Origin: the human T2T-CHM13v2.0 reference genome, Homo sapiens
Length of the DNA stretch: 64,000 nt
Direction: 5' to 3' (one strand)
NCBI RefSeq assembly: GCF_009914755.1
Contig: NC_060925.1
The notes beneath the pieces were generated by a model, which did no database searches, had not been told where the DNA came from, and saw nothing but the letters and a program-made list of their open reading frames with translations. Made by a program: the position numbers and the translations under genes. Below are positions 42,601-59,223 of this stretch, in pieces (the first letter of the stretch is position 1; every line of letters begins with the position of its first letter).

Positions 42601-45600
42601 GGAAACGAATGGAATCATCATCGAATGGAAATGAAAGGAGTCATCATCTAATGGAATTGCATGGAATCATCATAAAATGGAATCGAATGGAATCAACATC
42701 AAATGGAATCAAATGGAATCATTGAACGGAATTGAATGGAATCGTCATCGAATGAATTGACTGCAATCATCCAATGGTCTCGAATGGAATCATCTTCAAA
42801 TGGAATGGAATGGAATCATCGCATAAAATCGAATGGAATTATCATCGAATGGAATCGAATGGAATCAACATCCAACGGAAAAAAACGGAATTATCGAATG
42901 GAATCGAAGAGAATCATCGAATGGACCCGAATGGAATCATCTAATGGAATGGAATGGAATAATCCATGGACTCGAATGCAATCATCATCGAATGGAATCG
43001 AATGGAATCATCGAATGGACTCGAATGGAATAATCATTGAACGGAATCGAATGGAATCATCATCGGATGGAAATGAATGGAATCATCATCGAATGGAATC
43101 GAATAGAATTATGGAATGAAATCCAGTGTGATCATCATCGAATGGACCCGAATGGAATCAACATCCAACGGAAGCTAATGGAATCAACATCGAATGAATC
43201 GAATGGAAACACCATCGAATTGAAACGAATGGAATTATCATGAAATTGAAATGGATGGACTCATCATCGAATGGATTCGAATGGAATCATCGAATAAAAT
43301 TGATTGAAATCATCATCCAATGGAATCGAATGGTATCATTGAATGGAATCGAATGGAATCATCATCAGATGGAAATGAATGGAATCGTCATAGAATGGAA
43401 TCGAATGGATTCATTGAATGGAATCAGATGGAATCATCGAATGGACTGGAATGGAATCATTGAATGGACTCGAAAGGGATCATTATTGAATGGAATTGAA
43501 TGGAATCATCGAATGGTCTCGATTGGAATCATTATCAAATGGAATCGAATGAAATCACCGAACAGAATCGAATGGAACAATCATCGAATGGACTCAAATG
43601 GAATTATCCTCCAATGGAATCGAATGGAATTATCGAATGCAATCGAATGGAATTATCGAATGCAATCGAATAGAATCATCGAATGGACTCGAATGGAATC
43701 ATCGAATGGAATGGAATGGAACAGTCAATGAACTCGAATGGAATCATCATTGAATGGAATCGAATGGAATCATCGAGTGGAATCGAATGGAATTATGATC
43801 AAATGGAATCGAATGTAATCATCATCAAATGGAATCAAAAATAACCATCATCAATTGGTATTGAATGGAATTGTCATCAAATGGAATTCAAAGGAATCAT
43901 CATCAAATGGAACCGAATGGAATCCTCATTGAATGGAAATGAAAGGGGTCATCATCTAATGGAATCGCATGGAATCATCATCAAATGGAATCGAATGGAA
44001 TCATCATCAAATGGAATCTAATGGAATCATTGAACAGAATTGAATGGAATCGTCATCGAATGAATTGAATGCAATCATCGAATGGTCTCGAATGGAATCA
44101 TCTTCTAATGGAAAGGAATGGAATCATCGCATAGAATCGAATGGAATTATCATCAAATGGAATCGAATGGTATCAACACCAAACGGAAAAAAACGGAATT
44201 ATCGAATGGAATCGAAGAGAATCTTCGACCGGACCCGAATGGAATCATCTAATGGAATGGAATGGAATAATCCATGGACTCGAATGCAATCATCATCGAA
44301 TGGAATCGAATGGAATCATCGAATGGACTCGAATGGAATAATCATTGAACGGAATCGATTGGAATCATCATCGGATGGAAACGAATGGAATCATCATCGA
44401 ATGGAAATGAAAGGAGTCATCATCTAATGGAATTGCATGGAATCATCATAAAATGGAATCGAATGGAATCAACATCAAATGGAATCAAATGGAATCATTG
44501 AACGGAATTGAATGGAATCGTCATCGAATGAATTGACTGCAATCATCCAATGGTCTCGAATGGAATCATCTTCAAATGGAATGGAATGGAATCATCGCAT
44601 AAAATCGAATGGAATTATCATCGAATGGAATCGAATGGAATCAACATCCAACGGAAAAAAACGGAATTATCGAATGGAATCGAAGAGAATCATCGAATGG
44701 ACCCGAATGGAATCATCTAATGGAATGGAATGGAATAATCCATGGACTCGAATGCAATCATCATCGAATGGAATCGAATGGAATCATCGAATGGACTCGA
44801 ATGGAATAATCATTGAACGGAATCGAATGGAATCATCATCGGATGGAAATGAATGGAATCATCATCGAATGGAATCGAATAGAATTATGGAATGAAATCC
44901 AGTGTGATCATCATCGAATGGACCCGAATGGAATCAACATCCAACGGAAGCTAATGGAATCAACATCGAATGAATCGAATGGAAACACCATCGAATTGAA
45001 ACGAATGGAATTATCATGAAATTGAAATGGATGGACTCATCATCGAATGGATTCGAATGGAATCATCGAATAAAATTGATTGAAATCATCATCCAATGGA
45101 ATCGAATGGTATCATTGAATGGAATCGAATGGAATCATCATCAGATGGAAATGAATGGAATCGTCATAGAATGGAATCGAATGGATTCATTGAATGGAAT
45201 CAGATGGAATCATCGAATGGACTGGAATGGAATCATTGAATGGACTCGAAAGGGATCATTATTGAATGGAATTGAATGGAATCATCGAATGGTCTCGATT
45301 GGAATCATTATCAAATGGAATCGAATGAAATCACCGAACAGAATCGAATGGAACAATCATCGAATGGACTCAAATGGAATTATCCTCCAATGGAATCGAA
45401 TGGAATTATCGAATGCAATCGAATGGAATTATCGAATGCAATCGAATAGAATCATCGAATGGACTCGAATGGAATCATCGAATGGAATGGAATGGAACAG
45501 TCAATGAACTCGAATGGAATCATCATTGAATGGAATCGAATGGAATCATCGAGTGGAATCGAATGGAATTATGATCAAATGGAATCGAATGTAATCATCA

Positions 45601-48600
45601 TCAAATGGAATCAAAAATAACCATCATCAATTGGTATTGAATGGAATTGTCATCAAATGGAATTCAAAGGAATCATCATCAAATGGAACCGAATGGAATC
45701 CTCATTGAATGGAAATGAAAGGGGTCATCATCTAATGGAATCGCATGGAATCATCATCAAATGGAATCGAATGGAATCATCATCAAATGGAATCTAATGG
45801 AATCATTGAACAGAATTGAATGGAATCGTCATCGAATGAATTGAATGCAATCATCGAATGGTCTCGAATGGAATCATCTTCTAATGGAAAGGAATGGAAT
45901 CATCGCATAGAATCGAATGGAATTATCATCGAATGGAATCGAATGGTATCAACACCAAACGGAAAAAAACGGAATTATCGAATTGAATCGAAGAGAATCT
46001 TCGAACGGACCCGAATGGAATCATCTAATGGAATGGAATGGAATAATCCATGGACTCGAATGCAATCATCATCGAATGGAATCGAATGGAATCATCGAAT
46101 GGACTCGAATGGAATAATCATTGAACGGAATCGAATGGAATCATCATCGGATGGAAACGAATGGAATCATCATCGAATGGAAATGAAAGGAGTCATCATC
46201 TAATGGAATTGCATGGAATCATCATAAAATGGAATCGAATGGAATCAACATCAAATGGAATCAAATGGAATCATTGAACGGAATTGAATGGAATCGTCAT
46301 CGAATGAATTGACTGCAATCATCCAATGGTCTCGAATGGAATCATCTTCAAATGGAATGGAATGGAATCATCGCATAGAATCGAATGGAATTATCATCGA
46401 ATGGAATCGAATGGAATCAACATCAAACGGAAAAAAACGGAATTATCGAATGGAATCGAAGAGAATCATCGAATGGACCCGAATGGAATCATCTAATGGA
46501 ATGGAATGGAATAATCCATGGACTCGAATGCAATCATCATCGAATGGAATCGAATGGAATCATCGAATGGACTCGAATGGAATAATCATTGAACGGAATC
46601 GAATGGAATCATCATCGGATGGAAATGAATGGAATCATCATCGAATGGAATCGAATAGAATTATGGAATGAAATCCAGTGTGATCATCATCGAATGGACC
46701 CGAATGGAATCATCATCCAACGGAAGCTAATGGAATCAACATCGAATGAATCGAATGGAAACACCATCGAATTGAAACGAATGGAATTATCATGAAATTG
46801 AAATGGATGGACTCATCATCGAATGGATTCGAATGGAATCATCGAATAAAATTGATTGAAATCATCATCCAATGGAATCGAATGGTATCATTGAATGGAA
46901 TCGAATGGAATCATCATCAGATGGAAATGAATGGAATCGTCATAGAATGGAATCGAATGGATTCATTGAATGGAATCAGATGGAATCATCGAATGGACTG
47001 GAATGGAATCATTGAATGGAATCGAAAGGGATCATAATTGAATGGAATTGAATGGAATCATCGAATGGTCTCGATTGGAATCATTATCAAATGGAATCGA
47101 ATGGAATCACCGAATAGAATCGAATGGAACAATCATCGAATGGACTCAAATGGAATTATCCTCCAATGGAATCGAATGGAATTATCGAATGCAATCGAAT
47201 GGAATTATCGAATGCAATCGAATAGAATCATCGAATGGACTCGAATGGAATCATCGAATGGAATGGAATGGAACAGTCAATGAACTCGAATGGAATCATC
47301 ATTGAATGGAATCGAATGAAATCATCGAGTGGAATCGAATGGAATTATGATCAAATGGAATCGAATGTAATCATCATCAAATGGAATCAAAAATAACCAT
47401 CATCAATTGGTATTGAATGGAATTGTCATCAAATGGAATTCAAAGGAATCATCATCAAATGGAACCGAATGGAATCCTCATTGAATGGAAATGAAAGGGG
47501 TCATCATCTAATGGAATCGCATGGAATCATCATCAAATGGAATCGAATGGAATCATCATCAAATGGAATCTAATGGAATCATTGAACAGAATTGAATGGA
47601 ATCGTCATCGAATGAATTGAATGCAATCATCGAATGGTCTCGAATGGAATCATCTTCTAATGGAAAGGAATGGAATCATCGCATAGAATCGAATGGAATT
47701 ATCATCGAATGGAATCGAATGGTATCAACACCAAACGGAAAAAAACGGAATTATCGAATTGAATCGAAGAGAATCTTCGAACGGACCCGAATGGAATCAT
47801 CTAATGGAATGGAATGGAATAATCCATGGACTCGAATGCAATCATCATCGAATGGAATCGAATGGAATCATCGAATGGACTCGAATGGAATAATCATTGA
47901 ACGGAATCGAATGGAATCATCATCGGATGGAAACGAATGGAATCATCATCGAATGGAAATGAAAGGAGTCATCATCTAATGGAATTGCATGGAATCATCA
48001 TAAAATGGAATCGAATGGAATCAACATCAAATGGAATCAAATGGAATCATTGAACGGAATTGAATGGAATCGTCATCGAATGAATTGACTGCAATCATCC
48101 AATGGTCTCGAATGGAATCATCTTCAAATGGAATGGAATGGAATCATCGCATAGAATCGAATGGAATTATCATCGAATGGAATCGAATGGAATCAACATC
48201 AAACGGAAAAAAACGGAATTATCGAATGGAATCGAAGAGAATCATCGAATGGACCCGAATGGAATCATCTAATGGAATGGAATGGAATAATCCATGGACT
48301 CGAATGCAATCATCATCGAATGGAATCGAATGGAATCATCGAATGGACTCGAATGGAATAATCATTGAACGGAATCGAATGGAATCATCATCGGATGGAA
48401 ATGAATGGAATCATCATCGAATGGAATCGAATAGAATTATGGAATGAAATCCAGTGTGATCATCATCGAATGGACCCGAATGGAATCATCATCCAACGGA
48501 AGCTAATGGAATCAACATCGAATGAATCGAATGGAAACACCATCGAATTGAAACGAATGGAATTATCATGAAATTGAAATGGATGGACTCATCATCGAAT

Positions 48601-51600
48601 GGATTCGAATGGAATCATCGAATAAAATTGATTGAAATCATCATCCAATGGAATCGAATGGTATCATTGAATGGAATCGAATGGAATCATCATCAGATGG
48701 AAATGAATGGAATCGTCATAGAATGGAATCGAATGGATTCATTGAATGGAATCAGATGGAATCATCGAATGGACTGGAATGGAATCATTGAATGGAATCG
48801 AAAGGGATCATAATTGAATGGAATTGAATGGAATCATCGAATGGTCTCGATTGGAATCATTATCAAATGGAATCGAATGGAATCACCGAATAGAATCGAA
48901 TGGAACAATCATCGAATGGACTCAAATGGAATTATCCTCCAATGGAATCGAATGGAATTATCGAATGCAATCGAATGGAATTATCGAATGCAATCGAATA
49001 GAATCATCGAATGGACTCGAATGGAATCATCGAATGGAATGGAATGGAACAGTCAATGAACTCGAATGGAATCATCATTGAATGGAATCGAATGGAATCA
49101 TCGAGTGGAATCGAATGGAATTATGATCAAATGGAATCGAATGTAATCATCATCAAATGGAATCAAAAATAACCATCATCAATTGGTATTGAATGGAATT
49201 GTCATCAAATGGAATTCAAAGGAATCATCATCAAATGGAACCGAATGGAATCCTCATTGAATGGAAATGAAAGGGGTCATCATCTAATGGAATCGCATGG
49301 AATCATCATCAAATGGAATCGAATGGAATCATCATCAAATGGAATCTAATGGAATCATTGAACAGAATTGAATGGAATCGTCATCGAATGAATTGAATGC
49401 AATCATCGAATGGTCTCGAATGGAATCATCTTCTAATGGAAAGGAATGGAATCATCGCATAGAATCGAATGGAATTATCATCGAATGGAATCGAATGGTA
49501 TCAACACCAAACGGAAAAAAACGGAATTATCGAATGGAATCGAAGAGAATCTTCGAACGGACCCGAATGGAATCATCTAATGGAATGGAATGGAATAATC
49601 CATGGACTCGAATGCAATCATCATCGAATGGAATCGAATGGAATCATCGAATGGACTCGAATGGAATAATCATTGAACGGAATCGATTGGAATCATCATC
49701 GGATGGAAACGAATGGAATCATCATCGAATGGAAATGAAAGGAGTCATCATCTAATGGAATTGCATGGAATCATCATAAAATGGAATCGAATGGAATCAA
49801 CATCAAATGGAATCAAATGGAATCATTGAACGGAATTGAATGGAATCGTCATCGAATGAATTGACTGCAATCATCCAATGGTCTCGAATGGAATCATCTT
49901 CAAATGGAATGGAATGGAATCATCGCATAAAATCGAATGGAATTATCATCGAATGGAATCGAATGGAATCAACATCCAACGGAAAAAAACGGAATTATCG
50001 AATGGAATCGAAGAGAATCATCGAATGGACCCGAATGGAATCATCTAATGGAATGGAATGGAATAATCCATGGACTCGAATGCAATCATCATCGAATGGA
50101 ATCGAATGGAATCATCGAATGGACTCGAATGGAATAATCATTGAACGGAATCGAATGGAATCATCATCGGATGGAAATGAATGGAATCATCATCGAATGG
50201 AATCGAATAGAATTATGGAATGAAATCCAGTGTGATCATCATCGAATGGACCCGAATGGAATCATCATCCAACGGAAGCTAATGGAATCAACATCGAATG
50301 AATCAAATGGAAACACCATCGAATTGAAACGAATGGAATTATCATGAAATTGAAATGGATGGACTCATCATCGAGTGGATTCGAATGGAATCATCGAATA
50401 AAATTGATTGAAATCATCATCCAATGGAATCGAATGGTATCATTGAATGGAATCGAATGGAATCATCATCAGATGGAAATGAATGGAATCGTCATAGAAT
50501 GGAATCGAATGGATTCATTGAATGGAATCAGATGGAATCATCGAATGGACTGGAATGGAATCATTGAATGGACTCGAAAGGGATCATGATTGAATGGAAT
50601 TGAAAGGAATCATCGAATGGTCTCGATTGGAATCATTATCAAATGGAATCGAATGGAATCCCCGAATAGAATCGAATGGAACAATCATCGAATGGACTCA
50701 AATGGAATTATCCTCCAATGGAATCGAATGGAATTATCGAATGCAATCGAATGGAATTATCGAATGCAATCGAATAGAATCATCGAATGGACTCGAATGG
50801 AATCATCGAATGGAATGGAATGGAACAGTCAATGAACTCGAATGGAATCATCATTGAATGGAATCGAATGGAATCATCGAGTGGAATCGAATGGAATTAT
50901 GATCAAATGGAATCGAATGTAATCATCATCAAATGGAATCAAAAATAACCATCATCAATTGGTATTGAATGGAATTGTCATCAAATGGAATTCAAAGGAA
51001 TCATCATCAAATGGAACCGAATGGAATCCTCATTGAATGGAAATGAAAGGGGTCATCATCTAATGGAATCGCATGGAATCATCATCAAATGGAATCGAAT
51101 GGAATCATCATCAAATGGAATCTAATGGAATCATTGAACAGAATTGAATGGAATCGTCATCGAATGAATTGAATGCAATCATCGAATGGTCTCGAATGGA
51201 ATCATCTTCTAATGGAAAGGAATGGAATCATCGCATAGAATCGAATGGAATTATCATCGAATGGAATCGAATGGTATCAACACCAAACGGAAAAAAACGG
51301 AATTATCGAATGGAATCGAAGAGAATCTTCGAACGGACCCGAATGGAATCATCTAATGGAATGGAATGGAATAATCCATGGACTCGAATGCAATCATCAT
51401 CGAATGGAATCGAATGGAATCATCGAATGGACTCGAATGGAATAATCATTGAACGGAATCGATTGGAATCATCATCGGATGGAAACGAATGGAATCATCA
51501 TCGAATGGAAATGAAAGGAGTCATCATCTAATGGAATTGCATGGAATCATCATAAAATGGAATCGAATGGAATCAACATCAAATGGAATCAAATGGAATC

Positions 51601-54600
51601 ATTGAACGGAATTGAATGGAATCGTCATCGAATGAATTGACTGCAATCATCCAATGGTCTCGAATGGAATCATCTTCAAATGGAATGGAATGGAATCATC
51701 GCATAGAATCGAATGGAATTATCATCGAATGGAATCGAATGGAATCAACATCCAACGGAAAAAAACGGAATTATCGAATGGAATCGAAGAGAATCATCGA
51801 ATGGACCCGAATGGAATCATCTAATGGAATGGAATGGAATAATCCATGGACTCGAATGCAATCATCATCGAATGGAATCGAATGGAATCATCGAATGGAC
51901 TCGAATGGAATAATCATTGAACGGAATCGAATGGAATCATCATCGGATGGAAATGAATGGAATCATCATCGAATGGAATCGAATAGAATTATGGAATGAA
52001 ATCCAGTGTGATCATCATCGAATGGACCCGAATGGAATCATCATCCAACGGAAGCTAATGGAATCAACATCGAATGAATCAAATGGAAACACCATCGAAT
52101 TGAAACGAATGGAATTATCATGAAATTGAAATGGATGGACTCATCATCGAATGGATTCGAATGGAATCATCGAATAAAATTGATTGAAATCATCATCGAA
52201 TGGAATCGAATGGTATCATTGAATGGAATCGAATGGAATCATCATCAGATGGAAATGAATGGAATCGTCATAGAATGGAATCGAATGGATTCATTGAATG
52301 GAATCAGATGGAATCATCGAATGGACTGGAATGGAATCATTGAATGGACTCGAAAGGGATCATGATTGAATGGAATTGAATGGAATCATCGAATGGTCTC
52401 GATTGGAATCATTATCAAATGGAATCGAATGGAATCACCGAATAGAATCGAATGGAACAATCATCGAATGGACTCAAATGGAATTATCCTCCAATGGAAT
52501 CGAATGGAATTATCGAATGCAATCGAATGGAATTATCGAATGCAATCGAATAGAATCATCGAATGGACTCGAATGGAATCATCGAATGGAATGGAATGGA
52601 ACAGTCAATGAACTCGAATGGAATCATCATTGAATGGAATCGAATGGAATCATCGAGTGGAATCGAATGGAATTATGATCAAATGGATTCGAATGTAATC
52701 ATCATCAAATGGAATCAAAAATAACCATCATCAATTGGTATTGAATGGAATTGTCATCAAATGGAATTCAAAGGAATCAATATCAAATGGAACCGAATGG
52801 AATCCTCATTGAATGGAAATGAAAGGGGTCATCATCTAATGGAATCGCATGGAATCATCATCAAATGGAATCGAATGGAATCATCATCAAATGGAATCTA
52901 ATGGAATCATTGAACAGAATTGAATGGAATCGTCATCGAATGAATTGAATGCAATCATCGAATGGTCTCGAATGGAATCATCTTCTAATGGAAAGGAATG
53001 GAATCATCGCATAGAATCGAATGGAATTATCATCGAATGGAATCGAATGGTATCAACACCAAACGGAAAAAAACGGAATTATCGAATGGAATCGAAGAGA
53101 ATCTTCGAACGGACCCGAATGGAATCATCTAATGGAATGGAATGGAATAATCCATGGACTCGAATGCAATCATCATCGAATGGAATCGAATGGAATCATC
53201 GAATGGACTTGAATGGAATAATCATTGAACGGAATCGATTGGAATCATCATCGGATGGAAACGAATGGAATCATCATCGAATGGAAATGAAAGGAGTCAT
53301 CATCTAATGGAATTGCATGGAATCATCATAAAATGGAATCGAATGGAATCAACATCAAATGGAATCAAATGGAATCATTGAACGGAATTGAATGGAATCG
53401 TCATCGAATGAATTGACTGCAATCATCCAATGGTCTCGAATGGAATCATCTTCAAATGGAATGGAATGGAATCATCGCATAGAATCGAATGGAATTATCA
53501 TCGAATGGAATCGAATGGAATCAACATCCAACGGAAAAAAACGGAATTATCGAATGGAATCGAAGAGAATCATCGAATGGACCCGAATGGAATCATCTAA
53601 TGGAATGGAATGGAATAATCCATGGACTCGAATGCAATCATCATCGAATGGAATCGAATGGAATCATCGAATGGACTCGAATGGAATAATCATTGAACGG
53701 AATCGAATGGAATCATCATCGGATGGAAATGAATGGAATCATCATCGAATGGAATCGAATAGAATTATGGAATGAAATCCATTGTGATCATCATCGAATG
53801 GACCCGAATGGAATCATCATCCAACGGAAGCTAATGGAATCAACATCGAATGAATCAAATGGAAACACCATCGAATTGAAACGAATGGAATTATCATGAA
53901 ATTGAAATGGATGGACTCATCATCGAATGGATTCGAATGGAATCATCGAATAAAATTGATTGAAATCATCATCCAATGGAATCGAATGGTATCATTGAAT
54001 GGAATCGAATGGAATCATCATCAGATGGAAATGAATGGAATCGTCATAGAATGGAATCGAATGGATTCATTGAATGGAATCAGATGGAATCATCGAATGG
54101 ACTGGAATGGAATCATTGAATGGACTCGAAAGGGATCATTATTGAATGGAATTGAATGGAATCATCGAATGGTCTCGATTGGAATCATTATCAAATGGAA
54201 TCGAATGGAATCACCGAATAGAATCGAATGGAACAATCATCGAATGGACTCAAATGGAATTATCCTCCAATGGAATCGAATGGAATTATCGAATGCAATC
54301 GAATGGAATTATCGAATGCAATCGAATAGAATCATCGAATGGACTCGAATGGAATCATCGAATGGAATGGAATGGAACAGTCAATGAACGCGAATGGAAT
54401 CATTATTGAATGGAATCGAATGGAATCATCGAGTGGAATCGAATGGAATTATGATCAAATGGAATCGAATGTAATCATCATCAAATGGAATCAAAAATAA
54501 CCATCATCAATTGGTATTGAATGGAATTGTCATCAAATGGAATTCAAAGGAATCATCATCAAATGGAACCGAATGGAATCCTCATTGAATGGAAATGAAA

Positions 54601-57600
54601 GGGGTCATCATCTAATGGAATCGCATGGAATCATCATCAAATGGAATCGAATGGAATCATCATCAAATGGAATCTAATGGAATCATTGAACAGAATTGAA
54701 TGGAATCGTCATCGAATGAATTGAATGCAATCATCGAATGGTCTCGAATGGAATCATCTTCTAATGGAAAGGAATGGAATCATCGCATAGAATCGAATGG
54801 AATTATCATCGAATGGAATCGAATGGTATCAACACCAAACGGAAAAAAACGGAATTATCGAATGGAATCGAAGAGAATCTTCGAACGGACCCGAATGGAA
54901 TCATCTAATGGAATGGAATGGAATAATCCATGGACTCGAATGCAATCATCATCGAATGGAATCGAATGGAATCATCGAATGGACTTGAATGGAATAATCA
55001 TTGAACGGAATCGATTGGAATCATCATCGGATGGAAACGAATGGAATCATCATCGAATGGAAATGAAAGGAGTCATCATCTAATGGAATTGCATGGAATC
55101 ATCATAAAATGGAATCGAATGGAATCAACATCAAATGGAATCAAATGGAATCATTGAACGGAATTGAATGGAATCGTCATCGAATGAATTGACTGCAATC
55201 ATCCAATGGTCTCGAATGGAATCATCTTCAAATGGAATGGAATGGAATCATCGCATAGAATCGAATGGAATTATCATCGAATGGAATCGAATGGAATCAA
55301 CATCCAACGGAAAAAAACGGAATTATCGAATGGAATCGAAGAGAATCATCGAATGGACCCGAATGGAATCATCTAATGGAATGGAATGGAATAATCCATG
55401 GACTCGAATGCAATCATCATCGAATGGAATCGAATGGAATCATCGAATGGACTCGAATGGAATAATCATTGAACGGAATCGAATGGAATCATCATCGGAT
55501 GGAAATGAATGGAATCATCATCGAATGGAATCGAATAGAATTATGGAATGAAATCCATTGTGATCATCATCGAATGGACCCGAATGGAATCATCATCCAA
55601 CGGAAGCTAATGGAATCAACATCGAATGAATCAAATGGAAACACCATCGAATTGAAACGAATGGAATTATCATGAAATTGAAATGGATGGACTCATCATC
55701 GAATGGATTCGAATGGAATCATCGAATAAAATTGATTGAAATCATCATCCAATGGAATCGAATGGTATCATTGAATGGAATCGAATGGAATCATCATCAG
55801 ATGGAAATGAATGGAATCGTCATAGAATGGAATCGAATGGATTCATTGAATGGAATCAGATGGAATCATCGAATGGACTGGAATGGAATCATTGAATGGA
55901 CTCGAAAGGGATCATTATTGAATGGAATTGAATGGAATCATCGAATGGTCTCGATTGGAATCATTATCAAATGGAATCGAATGGAATCACCGAATAGAAT
56001 CGAATGGAACAATCATCGAATGGACTCAAATGGAATTATCCTCCAATGGAATCGAATGGAATTATCGAATGCAATCGAATGGAATTATCGAATGCAATCG
56101 AATAGAATCATCGAATGGACTCGAATGGAATCATCGAATGGAATGGAATGGAACAGTCAATGAACGCGAATGGAATCATTATTGAATGGAATCGAATGGA
56201 ATCATCGAGTGGAATCGAATGGAATTATGATCAAATGGAATCGAATGTAATCATCATCAAATGGAATCAAAAATAACCATCATCAATTGGTATTGAATGG
56301 AATTGTCATCAAATGGAATTCAAAGGAATCATCATCAAATGGAACCGAATGGAATCCTCATTGAATGGAAATGAAAGGGGTCATCATCTAATGGAATCGC
56401 ATGGAATCATCATCAAATGGAATCGAATGGAATCATCATCAAATGGAATCTAATGGAATCATTGAACAGAATTGAATGGAATCGTCATCGAATGAATTGA
56501 ATGCAATCATCGAATGGTCTCGAATGGAATCATCTTCTAATGGAAAGGAATGGAATCATCGCATAGAATCGAATGGAATTATCATCGAATGGAATCGAAT
56601 GGTATCAACACCAAACGGAAAAAAACGGAATTATCGAATGGAATCGAAGAGAATCTTCGAACGGACCCGAATGGAATCATCTAATGGAATGGAATGGAAT
56701 AATCCATGGACTCGAATGCAATCATCATCGAATGGAATCGAATGGAATCATCGAATGGACTCGAATGGAATAATCATTGAACGGAATCGATTGGAATCAT
56801 CATCGGATGGAAACGAATGGAATCATCATCGAATGGAAATGAAAGGAGTCATCATCTAATGGAATTGCATGGAATCATCATAAAATGGAATCGAATGGAA
56901 TCAACATCAAATGGAATCAAATGGAATCATTGAACGGAATTGAATGGAATCGTCATCGAATGAATTGACTGCAATCATCCAATGGTCTCGAATGGAATCA
57001 TCTTCAAATGGAATGGAATGGAATCATCGCATAGAATCGAATGGAATTATCATCGAATGGAATCGAATGGAATCAACATCCAACGGAAAAAAACGGAATT
57101 ATCGAATGGAATCGAAGAGAATCATCGAATGGACCCGAATGGAATCATCTAATGGAATGGAATGGAATAATCCATGGACTCGAATGCAATCATCATCGAA
57201 TGGAATCGAATGGAATCATCGAATGGACTCGAATGGAATAATCATTGAACGGAATCGAATGGAATCATCATCGGATGGAAATGAATGGAATCATCATCGA
57301 ATGGAATCGAATAGAATTATGGAATGAAATCCAGTGTGATCATCATCGAATGGACCCGAATGGAATCATCATCCAACGGAAGCTAATGGAATCTACATCG
57401 AATGAATCAAATGGAAACACCATCGAATTGAAACGAATGGAATTATCATGAAATTGAAATGGATGGACTCATCATCGAATGGATTCGAATGGAATCATCG
57501 AATAAAATTGATTGAAATCATCATCGAATGGAATCGAATGGTATCATTGAATGGAATCGAATGGAATCATCATCAGATGGAAATGAATGGAATCGTCATA

Positions 57601-59223
57601 GAATGGAATCGAATGGATTCATTGAATGGAATCAGATGGAATCATCGAATGGACTGGAATGGAATCATTGAATGGACTCGAAAGGGATCATGATTGAATG
57701 GAATTGAATGGAATCATCGAATGGTCTCGATTGGAATCATTATCAAATGGAATCGAATGGAATCACCGAATAGAATCGAATGGAACAATCATCGAATGGA
57801 CTCAAATGGAATTATCCTCCAATGGAATCGAATGGAATTATCGAATGCAATCGAATGGAATTATCGAATACAATCGAATAGAATCATCGAATGGACTCGA
57901 ATGGAATCATCGAATGGAATGGAATGGAACAGTCAATGAACTCGAATGGAATCATCATTGAATGGAATCGAATGGAATCATCGAGTGGAATCGAATGGAT
58001 TTATGATCAAATGGAATCGAATGTAATCATCATCAAATGGAATCAAAAATAACCATCATCAATTGGTATTGAATGGAATTGTCATCAAATGGAATTCAAA
58101 GGAATCATCATCAAATGGAACCGAATGGAATCCTCATTGAATGGAAATGAAAGGGGTCATCATCTAATGGAATCGCATGGAATCATCATCAAATGGAATC
58201 GAATGGAATCATCATCAAATGGAATCTGATGGAATCATTGAACAGAATTGAATGGAATCGTCATCGAATGAATTGAATGCAATCATCGAATGGTCTCGAA
58301 TGTAATCATCTTCTAATGGAAAGGAATGGAATCATCGCATAGAATCGAATGGAATTATCATCGAATGGAATCGAATGGTATCAACACCAAACGGAAAAAA
58401 ACGGAATTATCGAATGGAATCGAAGAGAATCTTCGAACGGACCCGAATGGAATCATCTAATGGAATGGAATGGAATAATCCATGGACTCGAATGCAATCA
58501 TCATCGAATGGAATCGAATGGAATCATCGAATGGACTCGAATGGAATAATCATTGAACGGAATCGATTGGAATCATCATCGGATGGAAACGAATGGAATC
58601 ATCATCGAATGGAAATGAAAGGAGTCATCATCTAATGGAATTGCATGGAATCATCATAAAATGGAATCGAATGGAATCAACATCAAATGGAATCAAATGG
58701 AATCATTGAACGGAATTGAATGGAATCGTCATCGAATGAATTGACTGCAATCATCCAATGGTCTCGAATGGAATCATCTTCAAATGGAATGGAATGGAAT
58801 CATCGCATAGAATCGAATGGAATTATCATCGAATGGAATCGAATGGAATCAACATCCAACGGAAAAAAACGGAATTATCGAATGGAATCGAAGAGAATCA
58901 TCGAATGGACCCGAATGGAATCATCTAATGGAATGGAATGGAATAATCCATGGACTCGAATGCAATCATCATCGAATGGAATCGAATGGAATCATCGAAT
59001 GGACTCGAATGGAATAATCATTGAACGGAATCGAATGGAATCATCATCGGATGGAAATGAATGGAATCATCATCGAATGGAATCGAATAGAATTATGGAA
59101 TGAAATCCAGTGTGATCATCATCGAATGGACCCGAATGGAATCATCATCCAACGGAAGCTAATGGAATCTACATCGAATGAATCAAATGGAAACACCATC
59201 GAATTGAAACGAATGGAATTATC
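39688..59223 (+). repeat. Homogeneous run of 11 consecutive exact-length 1,776-bp units
   Basis: Seen: anchors are spaced exactly 1776 bp apart from 39688 to 59224. By eye, only substitutions distinguish the units. Confidence 0.95.
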
